Below, piece by piece: positions 51,319 to 60,621 of a DNA stretch of 64,000 bases. Location of the stretch: contig JANXTO010000136.1 in the NCBI GenBank assembly GCA_025352365.1, positions 2,010 through 66,009 of the forward strand. Direction: 5' to 3'. Each line of letters starts with the position of its first letter. The first letter of the stretch is position 1. Source of the stretch: Undibacterium sp. (GTDB lineage Bacteria; Pseudomonadota; Gammaproteobacteria; Burkholderiales; Burkholderiaceae_D). Under the pieces are notes generated by a model. That model was not told the DNA's origin and ran no database searches. It saw only the letters and a program-made list of their open reading frames with translations. Made by a program: the position numbers and the translations under genes.

Positions 51319-51404
51319 ATATATACTCCTGCCATGTATATTTTATTGTCCGTATAATCTATGGACAATAGCGTGTTTTTATTAAAAATGAGGGGGAGTA
51401 TATT
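51319..51404 (+). repeat. Copy 9 of the ~85-bp intergenic repeat (best-preserved)
   Basis: ATATACTCCTGCCATGTATAT hairpin, core TTGTCCGTATAATCTATGGACAAT, and terminal GAGGGGGAGTATAT. It starts about 10 bp after the clpP-like stop. Confidence 0.85.
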
Positions 51405-51486
51405 ATTTTGCAGATGTTTTTTATCGTTAAGGTATCGCAATAGCACTACCTTAACGCCTGGTGAGTTTCAGATTTTAGACATGCTT

Positions 51487-51534
51487 AAAAACCTGTCAGC
51501 TTGGTATTTAAGATGCCACCTGACAGGTTTTTTT
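51487..51534. terminator. Bidirectional intrinsic terminator between the clpP-like gene and the MCP
   Basis: A stem, ACCTGTCAG (51491-51499) with CTGACAGGT (51520-51528), is flanked by an A-run upstream and a T-run downstream. Confidence 0.75.
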
Positions 51535-51537
51535 ATC

Positions 51538-53277
51538 TCAAAATTCTTCCCAGTCACCCGTTTCCACCGTGGCGACTTTAGACTTTGCAGCGCCAGAACT
51601 GCCTTTACGCGGAGCTGCCGTGGTGGATTTTGGCAAAGCGCGCGCAACTGGTTTGGGCTTGTTTACCACAGACATAGAGCGTGCGGTAACGATGGACGAT
51701 TTGCCGGATGAAGTGCGGCTGAGGTTAGTTTGGTCGAGTTTGAATACGCTGACGATTTCGCTGAGATTCGCGGCTTGATCCTGCAAGGATTTTGCTGCCG
51801 CGGCGGCCTCTTCGACCAAGGCGGCATTCTGTTGCGTAACCTGATCCATCTGGGTGACAGCGGTGTTGATCTGATCAATCCCCGAGCTTTGTTCTGCGCC
51901 AGCGGCACTGATTTCGCTGATGATGTCACTGACCCGCCGGACGCTTTCAACCACCTCATTCATCGTATTACCCGCCTGATCCACCAGTCGTGAACCCTGA
52001 TATACTTTTTCGACCGAATCATTGATCAGTTCCTTAATCTCTTTTGCTGCGCTGGCAGAACGTTGCGCAAGATTACGCACTTCCGACGCAACCACCGCAA
52101 ATCCTCGTCCCTGCTCACCGGCACGGGCAGCCTCAACAGCAGCATTCAGCGCCAGTATATTTGTCTGAAAGGCGATGCCATCGATGACACCGATAATATC
52201 GACAATTTTTTTCGATGAGGCATTAATCGCTCCCATCGTATCAACCACTTGTGAGACCACATCACCGCCTTTCATCGCGACCTGCGTGGCAGAAATCGAC
52301 AGCTGATTTGCTTGCCGTGCATTATCGCTATTGTGCCTGACGGTCGAGGTTAATTCCTCCATGGAAGAGGCGGTCTCTTCCAATGAACTGGCCTGAGTTT
52401 CGGTGCGATTGGATAAATCCATATTACCTTGCGCAATCTGCATCGACGCAGACGCAATTTGATCCGTTCCGTTGCGAACTTCACTGACAACTTTCAGCAA
52501 ACTTGCATTCATTTCTTTGAGCGCCTGTAGCAACATACCGGTCTCGTCCTTGCTAGTCACATCGATCTGACTAGTCAGATCACCAGATGCTACCGTTTGC
52601 GCTACCTTGACTGCATACTGCAAAGGACTGGAAATAACGTTAGCAATCCAGTACGTCAACGTCAGCCCTAACAAAATGCTTGCGGCAAGAACGCCAATAA
52701 TCCATAAGCGTGAGCTTTTATACACTTCAGTACTTTGCTGATAGGAGGCGGCGGCGCCCTCACTGTTGATCTTGACCAGTTTGTCGACAATCGTGCGAAT
52801 CTGGGTATTTAGCTTGGATGATTCATTACGCAAAATTGCTGTTGCGTCCTTGTTGTTACCCTCATGCGCCAGAGCAGCCATTTTGTCCGAGAGTGCGAGA
52901 TAGCTAGTCATCATTTTCAGGTACTCGTCGAACTCGGCTTTTTCTTGTGGCAAGCTGATCAAAACCTGATATTTTTTTTCATATTCTCTGAGCCCGGCAA
53001 CGGCCTCTTTAACCCTTCCAGCATATTTATCGGCCTCTTCTGGACTTTCGGCAGAAACAACCTGCGCCTCTTGCGAGCGGATACGGGAGATACGCTCTTT
53101 AATCCCCATCGCGGCATCAACGCTTGGCAACCAGTTGGTACCGAGATCGGTAGTGGTCTGATTCACCTGAGCTAATTGATAGATAGAAAACACACCGAGA
53201 AAGCAGGTGAGCAATAACAAGGTAATAAAGCCCACAAATAGTTTTGTCGAAATCTTCAGGTCATAAAACAATTTCAC
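51538..53277 (-). CDS. Methyl-accepting chemotaxis protein (4HB-type sensor, HAMP, MA domain), C-terminal DWEEF
   Basis: A highly conserved signalling hairpin ([41 protein letters not shown]). I chose the GTG at 53277, which lies 6 nt after AAGGA and gives (M)[12 protein letters not shown]. Confidence 0.9.
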   Translation of the reverse strand: MKLFYDLKISTKLFVGFITLLLLTCFLGVFSIYQLAQVNQTTTDLGTNWLPSVDAAMGIKERISRIRSQEAQVVSAESPEEADKYAGRVKEAVAGLREYEKKYQVLISLPQEKAEFDEYLKMMTSYLALSDKMAALAHEGNNKDATAILRNESSKLNTQIRTIVDKLVKINSEGAAASYQQSTEVYKSSRLWIIGVLAASILLGLTLTYWIANVISSPLQYAVKVAQTVASGDLTSQIDVTSKDETGMLLQALKEMNASLLKVVSEVRNGTDQIASASMQIAQGNMDLSNRTETQASSLEETASSMEELTSTVRHNSDNARQANQLSISATQVAMKGGDVVSQVVDTMGAINASSKKIVDIIGVIDGIAFQTNILALNAAVEAARAGEQGRGFAVVASEVRNLAQRSASAAKEIKELINDSVEKVYQGSRLVDQAGNTMNEVVESVRRVSDIISEISAAGAEQSSGIDQINTAVTQMDQVTQQNAALVEEAAAAAKSLQDQAANLSEIVSVFKLDQTNLSRTSSGKSSIVTARSMSVVNKPKPVARALPKSTTAAPRKGSSGAAKSKVATVETGDWEEF

Positions 53278-53487
53278 GGTAAGTCCTTCCAATGAAGTAA
53301 TAACGATCGGGAATTGCCAAACAAGATGCAGAAAAATACTGATGAATGAATATAAGCGTACTGAGTGAGACGAATGAATGTTTGAATAATGAATGTATGG
53401 GTAATTATGAAAAATGTATACGTTTTACATTTCTGAACAACGGTATTGATTCAATTTGCACGCAATTTGCATTCAGTCTTTTAGGCA

Positions 53488-53520
53488 TAAAAAAATCCGC
53501 TTGAAGCCAATCAAGCGGAT
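53488..53520 (-). terminator. Intrinsic terminator after the second MCP
   Basis: The minus strand reads ATCCGCTTGA-TTGGCT-TCAAGCGGAT followed by TTTTTTTA. Confidence 0.8.
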
Positions 53521-53572
53521 GGGAGGAAACGAATTGATCTTAGTATTCTGGCATCAGACCGAAGCCGAATAT

Positions 53573-55177
53573 CTAATCCATTCCTATCGCCGTTGCCTGG
53601 TAAGCCTTGGTCTTGGCAGCAGGACTAGCTGGTCGTGCTTTGATGCCATGTGCCGGCGCCGCAGACGATAACTTGAACACATCGAGTGCTTGGGTCAGAT
53701 GATCGGCTTGCTCTTCCAGCGACTCAGCAGCCGCAGCGGCCTGTTCTACCAAGGCGGAGTTTTGTTGTGTCATCTCATCCATTTGGCCGATCGCAACGCT
53801 GACCTCTTGTATGCCCGCACTTTGCTCTTGGCTGGCTGATGTAATCTCCGCCATGATGTCGCTGACGCGTTTAACCGAGGCAACGATCTCATCCATTGTA
53901 TTACCCGCCTGATCTACCAATTGCGAACCGATATTAACTTTATCGACTGAATCACCGATCAGAGTTTTGATTTCTTTTGCGGCTGCTGCACTTCTTTGTG
54001 CCAAATTACGTACTTCAGAGGCAACCACCGCAAAACCACGGCCTTGCTCACCTGCGCGCGCAGCCTCTACCGCAGCGTTCAGTGCCAGAATATTGGTTTG
54101 AAAAGCGATACCATCAATCACCGCAATAATATCGACGATCTTTTTAGAGGACTGGTTAATCTCTGCCATGGTTGTTACCACCTGGCTCACCACATTACCA
54201 CCCTTAACCGCCACACCGGAGGCGCTTTGTACCAACTGATTTGCCTGACGTGCATTGTCGGCATTTTGTTTTACGGTATCGGTTAATGTCTCCATCGAGC
54301 TGGCGGTTTCTTCCAGGCTGCTAGCTTGCGATTCGGTACGGCTGGATAAGTCTGCATTACCCGAAGCGATCTCTGAGCTAGCCACTTTAATGGTTTCTGC
54401 AGAAGTTTTAATGTCGGAGACCATGGATTGCAAACGCACCTGCATTTCTTGCAAGGCAGATAGCAAACTCGCTCCATTTCCGCCATCGACACTAATCTCC
54501 ATACTCAAATCACCAGCGGCAACGGCAGCAGCGATTTCGCGGGCGTATTCTGGCTCACCGCCTAATTGTTGCCAGATCGTGCGCACGACAAAGAAAGACA
54601 CAACACCCAGAGAAATTGTCACCATCAGTCCGACCAAAATTGCGGTGTAGAGCACGTTGCGAACGTTATCGCCGCTTTTCTCAATACCCATGGTGAATTG
54701 GCTTTGTGCAGTTTCTACGGTTTTGGTCAAATCAGCCTGTAAGATTTTTAACGCACCTTGCATGGTGCCGATCTCTGCTTGCGGATCACCTTGCTCAATC
54801 TCCAGCATGATTTTGGCGACCTTTAGGGCGGGCGCATAATAGGCATCAAACTCGCCGCTTAATTTATCAGAGAGTGCTTTTTGACCTGGCACTTCACCTA
54901 ATTTTTTGAGTTTTTCTTTCACTTTTTTGGCAGTCTCAGCCACCGCATCAATACGCTTTTTATCGCCTTCAGATACGGCGTCCCTCAACATGTCGGTCAA
55001 ACCCTGAACATCGGAGGACAAAATTTTCGCGCGGTCGAGTACAGGATAGTCGACATCAGCAGTAGCTTTAATCGACGAAATCGCTACGGTAGAAAAATAT
55101 ACACTGACTGCCAGACCAACACCGAAGATGACCGTGGCAATGACTGGTAAGGCCCATATTCTGCGTTTAATGCTCAT
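53573..55177 (-). CDS. Methyl-accepting chemotaxis protein (small helical sensor, HAMP, MA domain)
   Basis: It has the same conserved signalling hairpin as its neighbour, two TM segments flanking a ~160-aa periplasmic helical domain, and no C-terminal pentapeptide. Confidence 0.9.
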   Translation of the reverse strand: MSIKRRIWALPVIATVIFGVGLAVSVYFSTVAISSIKATADVDYPVLDRAKILSSDVQGLTDMLRDAVSEGDKKRIDAVAETAKKVKEKLKKLGEVPGQKALSDKLSGEFDAYYAPALKVAKIMLEIEQGDPQAEIGTMQGALKILQADLTKTVETAQSQFTMGIEKSGDNVRNVLYTAILVGLMVTISLGVVSFFVVRTIWQQLGGEPEYAREIAAAVAAGDLSMEISVDGGNGASLLSALQEMQVRLQSMVSDIKTSAETIKVASSEIASGNADLSSRTESQASSLEETASSMETLTDTVKQNADNARQANQLVQSASGVAVKGGNVVSQVVTTMAEINQSSKKIVDIIAVIDGIAFQTNILALNAAVEAARAGEQGRGFAVVASEVRNLAQRSAAAAKEIKTLIGDSVDKVNIGSQLVDQAGNTMDEIVASVKRVSDIMAEITSASQEQSAGIQEVSVAIGQMDEMTQQNSALVEQAAAAAESLEEQADHLTQALDVFKLSSAAPAHGIKARPASPAAKTKAYQATAIGMD

Positions 55178-55192
55178 GTCTTACGCCTTTAC

Positions 55193-55221
55193 TTGCTGAT
55201 AATTCATTTGCTGATAATTCA
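55193..55221. repeat. Direct repeat TTGCTGATAATTCA x2 upstream of the MCP start
   Basis: The units are at 55193-55206 and 55208-55221, separated by 1 nt. They lie 16 bp upstream of the MCP start codon (minus strand). Confidence 0.7.
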
Positions 55222-55478
55222 AATGAAGGAAATCATTGTTAAATACGGAATGTCTCAACTAACGAACACGATACGTGTAAACCAAAAGATACAGGGAACT
55301 ACCCCAGCTTGTTTTGTCAAAATAATGAAAAATATTGTGTCTTCGCATTCGTTTTGCTCTTCTCTTCACTACCTGAGCAATACCTTCACTTGTGCTTAGA
55401 CTTTTAATTTTTTTTGACTACAACTGGGGTCAAACATAAGAATAAATCACTCTGAATTACCTCTCTTCACAACAACCC

Positions 55479-55895
55479 TTAATTCGCAATCATTTTAACG
55501 GTCGCATCTACACTGGATTTTTCAATATAGCCGATGGCATTCAGATCAGATGCTACTGCTTTCTTTACCTCGGCGCTGGAGCCATATTCTTTGGGTAAAG
55601 TACCTTTGCCGGTGAAGACTAATTTTGACCAAATTGCCTTTACTTGTGAGGGTTCTTTATCTGCTACCTTTTTATAAAACTCTGCCCGTATAGCGGAGTT
55701 TTCAGGCTGATCTACCGGCGTAAAAGTAGTGGATTTACCGAGAAAATACTGCGCCACCTGTTCCGGCGTCATATTTGCTACCGGGTTTTTAGGATTGACT
55801 ACAATCACGACATCTGCCAAGGCTGGCAATGCCATTGCGGTTAAAGTGAAGGTCAAACTCAAGGCCAAAAAAATACGGTGGGAAATTGCTTTCAT
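55479..55895 (-). CDS. Small (138 aa) periplasmic PstS/PBP-like single-domain protein
   Basis: A signal peptide precedes the blocks VVIVVNPKNP...QVAQYFLGK...WSKLVFTGKG...IGYIE, which resemble half of a type-2 phosphate-binding-like PBP. The ATG is preceded by GGAGG. Confidence 0.65.
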   Translation of the reverse strand: MKAISHRIFLALSLTFTLTAMALPALADVVIVVNPKNPVANMTPEQVAQYFLGKSTTFTPVDQPENSAIRAEFYKKVADKEPSQVKAIWSKLVFTGKGTLPKEYGSSAEVKKAVASDLNAIGYIEKSSVDATVKMIAN

Positions 55896-55904
55896 ATCGC
55901 CTCC

Positions 55905-57110
55905 TTAAAATACAAAATCAATAGCAGCAGCAAAGACATTCACAGGGCCCTGGAATGTTGGCTTGGCATTGATGAAAGTACCCGATCCATTTTCAGGGGA
56001 AAACCGATCAAACTGCAATTTCAGATCGGCAGATTTGTTAAAGTCCCAACGCAGACCGATGCTATTACTGGTTTGTATCGGTGCCAGTGACGCAAATATA
56101 TTAGCACCCGCAGTCAATCCGGCCAAAGGTCCGGTAGTCGGCAAACCAGCAACTGTTCTAGGACTGTCTTGCTTGACCGAAGCATGGGTAAAGTAAGGTG
56201 TAAACTTACCCATTCTGTAACCAAACATTGTGTACCAGGAGCTGGTATCCGGTAGCGACAAACTCTCTGATTTACGTTTGCCGTATTCAGATTGCACCAG
56301 AATATTTTTCCAGTCGATCCCTAAACCAAGTGAAGTAAACGTGGCTTTGTTATCGTGAACCTTGATGCTATTAGCTTGTGAAATGAAGCCAAATTGGGTG
56401 AGCCCGCCAACCACTGCATTTAATGGCGCGGAATCATCCACACTAAATTTGGTATAGATATGGCCAAAACGTACTGTAAAAGGTCCATTCTCAAGCAACA
56501 GATTCACACCGGCGATGGTATTAAATTTTGCGGTATAGGAATTGCCTGCACTCTTTGTTTCGCTTTTTCCTAAAGCGACCTGGCTCGTTAACGTGTTTTC
56601 ACCAAACGATGTCTGGTAAATCGCATCGATACCGTCCACACGTTCCAAGTTAACCTGACTATACATTTCTACCGGAGGACGTAAGTAGGTATTGGAGTAA
56701 CCGACATTAAGATAATCGGAGATCATATATACCGGCAAACCCATCCGGCCAACGCGAAAACTCAAATTATCAGAGGCTTTAAATTTAGCGAATGCCCAGC
56801 TCAGCTCTGCACCGAACTCATCCGTAATTTGTTTGCGTACTAAACCTTGGGCTGTCAGTGATAGCCAATCATTCATTTTGGCAGTAGCTTGAATACCGAA
56901 ATTGGAATCAGGTCCCGTTTTAGCTGTCGTTTTGACGCCAGCTATCTGTAGAACACGGGCAAATTCTGCATCATCCGTGGAGGCGCGGGTTAAGGCTGCT
57001 GTGCCAAAACCGCTGATCGTAATCGTCGGGCCATCAGGTATATCGGCGGCATAGGCTGTGGAGATTGCCAGTGGCAATGCAAGCAGACTGAGGTAAGGTT
57101 TGAATTTCAT
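55905..57110 (-). CDS. Porin-like outer-membrane beta-barrel protein
   Basis: Signal peptide (MKFKPYLSLLALPLAISTAYA), alternating beta-strand pattern, and a C-terminal ...AAAIDFVF with terminal Phe. I chose the ATG at 57110. Confidence 0.7.
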   Translation of the reverse strand: MKFKPYLSLLALPLAISTAYAADIPDGPTITISGFGTAALTRASTDDAEFARVLQIAGVKTTAKTGPDSNFGIQATAKMNDWLSLTAQGLVRKQITDEFGAELSWAFAKFKASDNLSFRVGRMGLPVYMISDYLNVGYSNTYLRPPVEMYSQVNLERVDGIDAIYQTSFGENTLTSQVALGKSETKSAGNSYTAKFNTIAGVNLLLENGPFTVRFGHIYTKFSVDDSAPLNAVVGGLTQFGFISQANSIKVHDNKATFTSLGLGIDWKNILVQSEYGKRKSESLSLPDTSSWYTMFGYRMGKFTPYFTHASVKQDSPRTVAGLPTTGPLAGLTAGANIFASLAPIQTSNSIGLRWDFNKSADLKLQFDRFSPENGSGTFINAKPTFQGPVNVFAAAIDFVF

Positions 57111-57274
57111 AAACGCCTCTTTTATATTGAACATCATGCATGTGAATACAAACGGAAAATCATCAAAACAAATGAAATGAACCGCCAATACTAAAAAAGC
57201 ACAACAACAAATTACATTGCAAATCTAAAGAGATTACGACTGAAACTGAATTCGAAAATGAAATCAAAACTAAA

Positions 57275-57304
57275 GCGCTCTGTTGTAGAGTCACAACAGA
57301 GCGC
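57275..57304 (-). terminator. Intrinsic terminator separating the two OMP/PBP-like modules
   Basis: A 12-bp stem, GCGCTCTGTTGT with ACAACAGAGCGC, is followed on the minus strand by TTTAGTTTTGATTT. Confidence 0.75.
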
Positions 57305-57319
57305 ACACCTGAACCAGGC

Positions 57320-57730
57320 TTATGGAAGACTGACGACTACTTTGACACTGGAATCAACCGCAGATTTTTCGATATAACCGATCAAATTCGTATCCGCAGC
57401 AACGGCTTTTTTAACATCTGCACTAGAGCCGTATTCTTTTGGCAGAGTACCTTTGCCAGTAAAGACCAACTTTGACCAAATCGACTTCACCTGAGATGGT
57501 TCTTTGTCTGCCACTTTTTTATAAAACTCGGCACGAATTGGAGAACTTTCTGGCTGATCTACTGGTGTTAATTTGGCAGATTTACCTAGGAAAAATTGTG
57601 ATACCTCATCTGCCGACATAGCAGAAGCGGCACTCTTTGCACTAACGATGGCAACAACTTCAGCCATTGCCGGAACAGCAAAAAGTGTCAGACTGGCGGC
57701 AACAACACTAGCTTGAATAATTTTTTTCAT
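57320..57730 (-). CDS. Small periplasmic PstS/PBP-like single-domain protein (paralog of 55479-55895)
   Basis: The C-terminal two-thirds is nearly identical in protein sequence to its paralog (PVDQPE.S.IRAEFYKKVADKEPSQVK.IWSKLVFTGKGTLPKEYGSSA). The ATG at 57730 is preceded by GGGGGA. Confidence 0.65.
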   Translation of the reverse strand: MKKIIQASVVAASLTLFAVPAMAEVVAIVSAKSAASAMSADEVSQFFLGKSAKLTPVDQPESSPIRAEFYKKVADKEPSQVKSIWSKLVFTGKGTLPKEYGSSADVKKAVAADTNLIGYIEKSAVDSSVKVVVSLP

Positions 57731-57740
57731 GTCGTCCCCC

Positions 57741-58946
57741 TTAAAATACGAAATCAATAGCAGCCGCAACGACATTCACAGGACCCTGGAATGTTGGCTT
57801 GGCGTTGACGAAGGTACCTGAGCCATTTTCTGGAGACAATCTGTCGAACTGAATTTTCAGATCAGCGGATTTATTGAAGTCCCAACGTACACCAATGCTG
57901 TTGCTGGTTTGTATCGGTGCCAGTGAGGCGAATGTGTTAGCACCTGCCGTTAATCCTGCCAAAGGTCCTGCCGTTGGTAATCCTGCGACCGTTCTTGGGC
58001 TGTCTTGTTTGACAGAGCCGTGAGTGAAGTACGGAGTAAATTTACCGAAGCGGTAACCAAACATAGTGTACCAAGAGGAGGTATCTGGTAACGAGACGCT
58101 CTCTGATTTACGTTTGCCGTATTCCGTTTGTACTAAGATATTTTTCCAGTCGACGGTGAGTCCGAGCGAAGTAAAAGTCGCTTTGTTGTCGTGGATTTTG
58201 ACGCTGTTGGCTTGGGATGTAAAACCAAATTGGTTTAAACCACCGACTACGGCATTTAAGGATGGAGAGTCATCAACGCTAAATTTTGTGTAAATATGTC
58301 CGAAGCGAACAGTAAAAGGACCGTTCTCCAACACCATGTTGAGTCCGGCGATGCTTTTAAATTTCGCCGTGTAAGAATTACCATTGCCCTTTGTTTCACT
58401 TTGTCCCGCAGCGATCTGCGTTGTCAGTGTGCTTTCGCCAAACGAGCTTTGATAAATCGCGTCAACACCGTCTACATTTTCTAAGTTGACTTGGCTGTAC
58501 ATTTCTACCGGTGGACGCAGGTAAGTACTGGCGTAGCCTACGTTGAGGTAATCAGAAATCATGTAGACAGGAAGTCCCATGCGACCTACGCGGACATTTA
58601 AATTGTCGGTTACTTTGAATTTGGCGAATGCCCAGGCGAGTTCGCCGCCAAACTCGTCGGTGACGTGTTTGCGCACTAAGCCTTGCGCTGTAAACGACAG
58701 CCAATCATTCATTTTGGCGGTAGCTTGAATACCAAAATTAGAATCCACGCCAGTACCAGCGCTGGTTTTAACGCCGCCTAGTTGGGCGATGCGGGCAAAT
58801 TCTGCATCATCCGTGGAGGCGCGGGTTAAGGCTGCTGTGCCAAAACCGCTGATCGTAATCGTCGGGCCATCAGGTATATCGGCGGCATAGGCTGTAGAGA
58901 TTGCCAGTGGCAATGCAAGCAGACCGAGGTAAGGCTTTAGTTTCAT
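57741..58946 (-). CDS. Porin-like outer-membrane beta-barrel protein (paralog of 55905-57110)
   Basis: It has the same architecture and the same C-terminal AAAIDFVF. The ATG at 58946 is preceded by AAGGGA. Confidence 0.7.
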   Translation of the reverse strand: MKLKPYLGLLALPLAISTAYAADIPDGPTITISGFGTAALTRASTDDAEFARIAQLGGVKTSAGTGVDSNFGIQATAKMNDWLSFTAQGLVRKHVTDEFGGELAWAFAKFKVTDNLNVRVGRMGLPVYMISDYLNVGYASTYLRPPVEMYSQVNLENVDGVDAIYQSSFGESTLTTQIAAGQSETKGNGNSYTAKFKSIAGLNMVLENGPFTVRFGHIYTKFSVDDSPSLNAVVGGLNQFGFTSQANSVKIHDNKATFTSLGLTVDWKNILVQTEYGKRKSESVSLPDTSSWYTMFGYRFGKFTPYFTHGSVKQDSPRTVAGLPTAGPLAGLTAGANTFASLAPIQTSNSIGVRWDFNKSADLKIQFDRLSPENGSGTFVNAKPTFQGPVNVVAAAIDFVF

Positions 58947-59358
58947 ATAGTCCCTTTTAAGTAAAACGTAGTGGTAAATTACTCTCTCAAACAACAGGTG
59001 TTCATCTCTCGTGATGAGAGACTTGAGTGATTTTGTATGATCTGAAATGCACGGACAGATGGTCGAAAATGCTCAACAATTATTCGATTTATGTCCGGTT
59101 TGCGCTCAAGGGGAGCTAAGTTACCACAAAGCAACGAATTAGGGGTAATGCTCTATTTTTATTTGTACCCTAGCTTAGCCGATTGGTATTTTTTATCAAG
59201 TTTGAAAAGTGATTAAGGGCAATTTCGCAACAAGAGTGTAATTTGCTCATGTGGAATAAGATTTCCACTCTTTTTTAGTTTAGAGTAGTTGGTTAGCTAG
59301 CTTTATTTTCTTCTTCGCTCTCTGTCTTGCCTGTTGTTTTTTCATTTGAGCGACTTAC

Positions 59359-60390
59359 TTAGTTACCCTGCTTTAGACTGAACTCCAGTATTTTTGTTTG
59401 TGGGCTGGAGATCGGTGCGTACTTCCACTGCGATGCGGCGGCAATCACTTCTTTATCAAATAATTTGGTCGGTTTAGATTTAATAATCTCGACCTGGCTT
59501 ACCTTTCCATCTGTACCAATACTGATACGGGCACTGACCAGACCCTCAGTCACGCCAGCCTGAGTTGCAGCGGCAGGGAATACAGGCTGCACGCTAGACA
59601 ATAATTTGAGGGCACTTTGAAAACTCAATTCCACTATTTTTGTTTGCGGGCTTGCCAGCGGTGCATATCTCCATTGCGATACCGCGGCAATCACTTCTTT
59701 ATCGAACACTTTAGTCGGTCTGGCTTTGACAATCTCAACTTGCACTACTTTGCCGTCGGTACCAATGCTGACGCGCGCAGTCACAGAGCCCTCAGTCACA
59801 CCAGCCAACGTGGCGGTAACCGGGAATGTCGGCTGAATACTAGACAATAGTTTTGGCTGATTTTGCTCAGCATTTTCTTGTGATTGTGATTGTGCAGGCG
59901 TTGGCACTGCAACTATTGCTGGCGCAGGTTTGGGTGATACCGCAGCCACTTGGAGTGGCGGTGCGTCTGCCGGTTTTATTGCGGTAGTTGCTGGTGGTAT
60001 GACCACAGCAGTGGTCTTTACCGGGTCATGCGCAAGCGGTGCCGCCGGCGGAATTGCCGTGGTTTTGGCCGCAAGAGCTTTGGCATCCGAGGCTAGTTTG
60101 GCCTCTTGCTCCAGCCTTGCATCTTTGGCGACTTTCGTCAATCTCGCCTCTTCAGCAAGTTGTGCAGGCGTTTTACTCGATGCCATTTCCATCCACTTGG
60201 TAACATCTGCGGTCTCCTCGGTATGGCGTATCGCATTTTTTACGATACCGGTTGGCGCGGTCGCCGATGCGGCCGTCTGATCGGCTGATGCAGTCGCAGC
60301 AGAATTATCGGGTGCTGGTTTTTTTTGGCAGCCAGAGACCAGTGCCACGGCACCCAATAGTACAAAAAGCAGATGAGAAAATGGTCTCAT
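59359..60390 (-). CDS. Lipoprotein with Ala/Pro-rich linker and two tandem TonB_C-like domains
   Basis: Lipobox LVSGC. There are two ~78-aa repeats (LLSS.QP.FP..AT.AGVTEG.V.AR.SIGTDGKV.QVEI.K..PTK.FDKEVIAA.SQW.YAP) resembling the TonB C-terminal domain. Confidence 0.7.
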   Translation of the reverse strand: MRPFSHLLFVLLGAVALVSGCQKKPAPDNSAATASADQTAASATAPTGIVKNAIRHTEETADVTKWMEMASSKTPAQLAEEARLTKVAKDARLEQEAKLASDAKALAAKTTAIPPAAPLAHDPVKTTAVVIPPATTAIKPADAPPLQVAAVSPKPAPAIVAVPTPAQSQSQENAEQNQPKLLSSIQPTFPVTATLAGVTEGSVTARVSIGTDGKVVQVEIVKARPTKVFDKEVIAAVSQWRYAPLASPQTKIVELSFQSALKLLSSVQPVFPAAATQAGVTEGLVSARISIGTDGKVSQVEIIKSKPTKLFDKEVIAAASQWKYAPISSPQTKILEFSLKQGN

Positions 60391-60621
60391 AATGTGTCCA
60401 ATAAAAAGCTGATAAGCGATAGTCTAGCCAATTATATTACGCTGAACACATCAAAATGTGGCGATCAAAATGTATTCCTGGTTAGCGTATTAGCAATAAG
60501 ATTAATCTGGAAGGCATCGTACTGGGTCGTAACTCACCTACATATTCAGCAGAATAGCCGTGAAAATAACGACCTAAATATTCTGTTAAATGAGCACATA
60601 AGCATCAACGAAAATGCCAAT

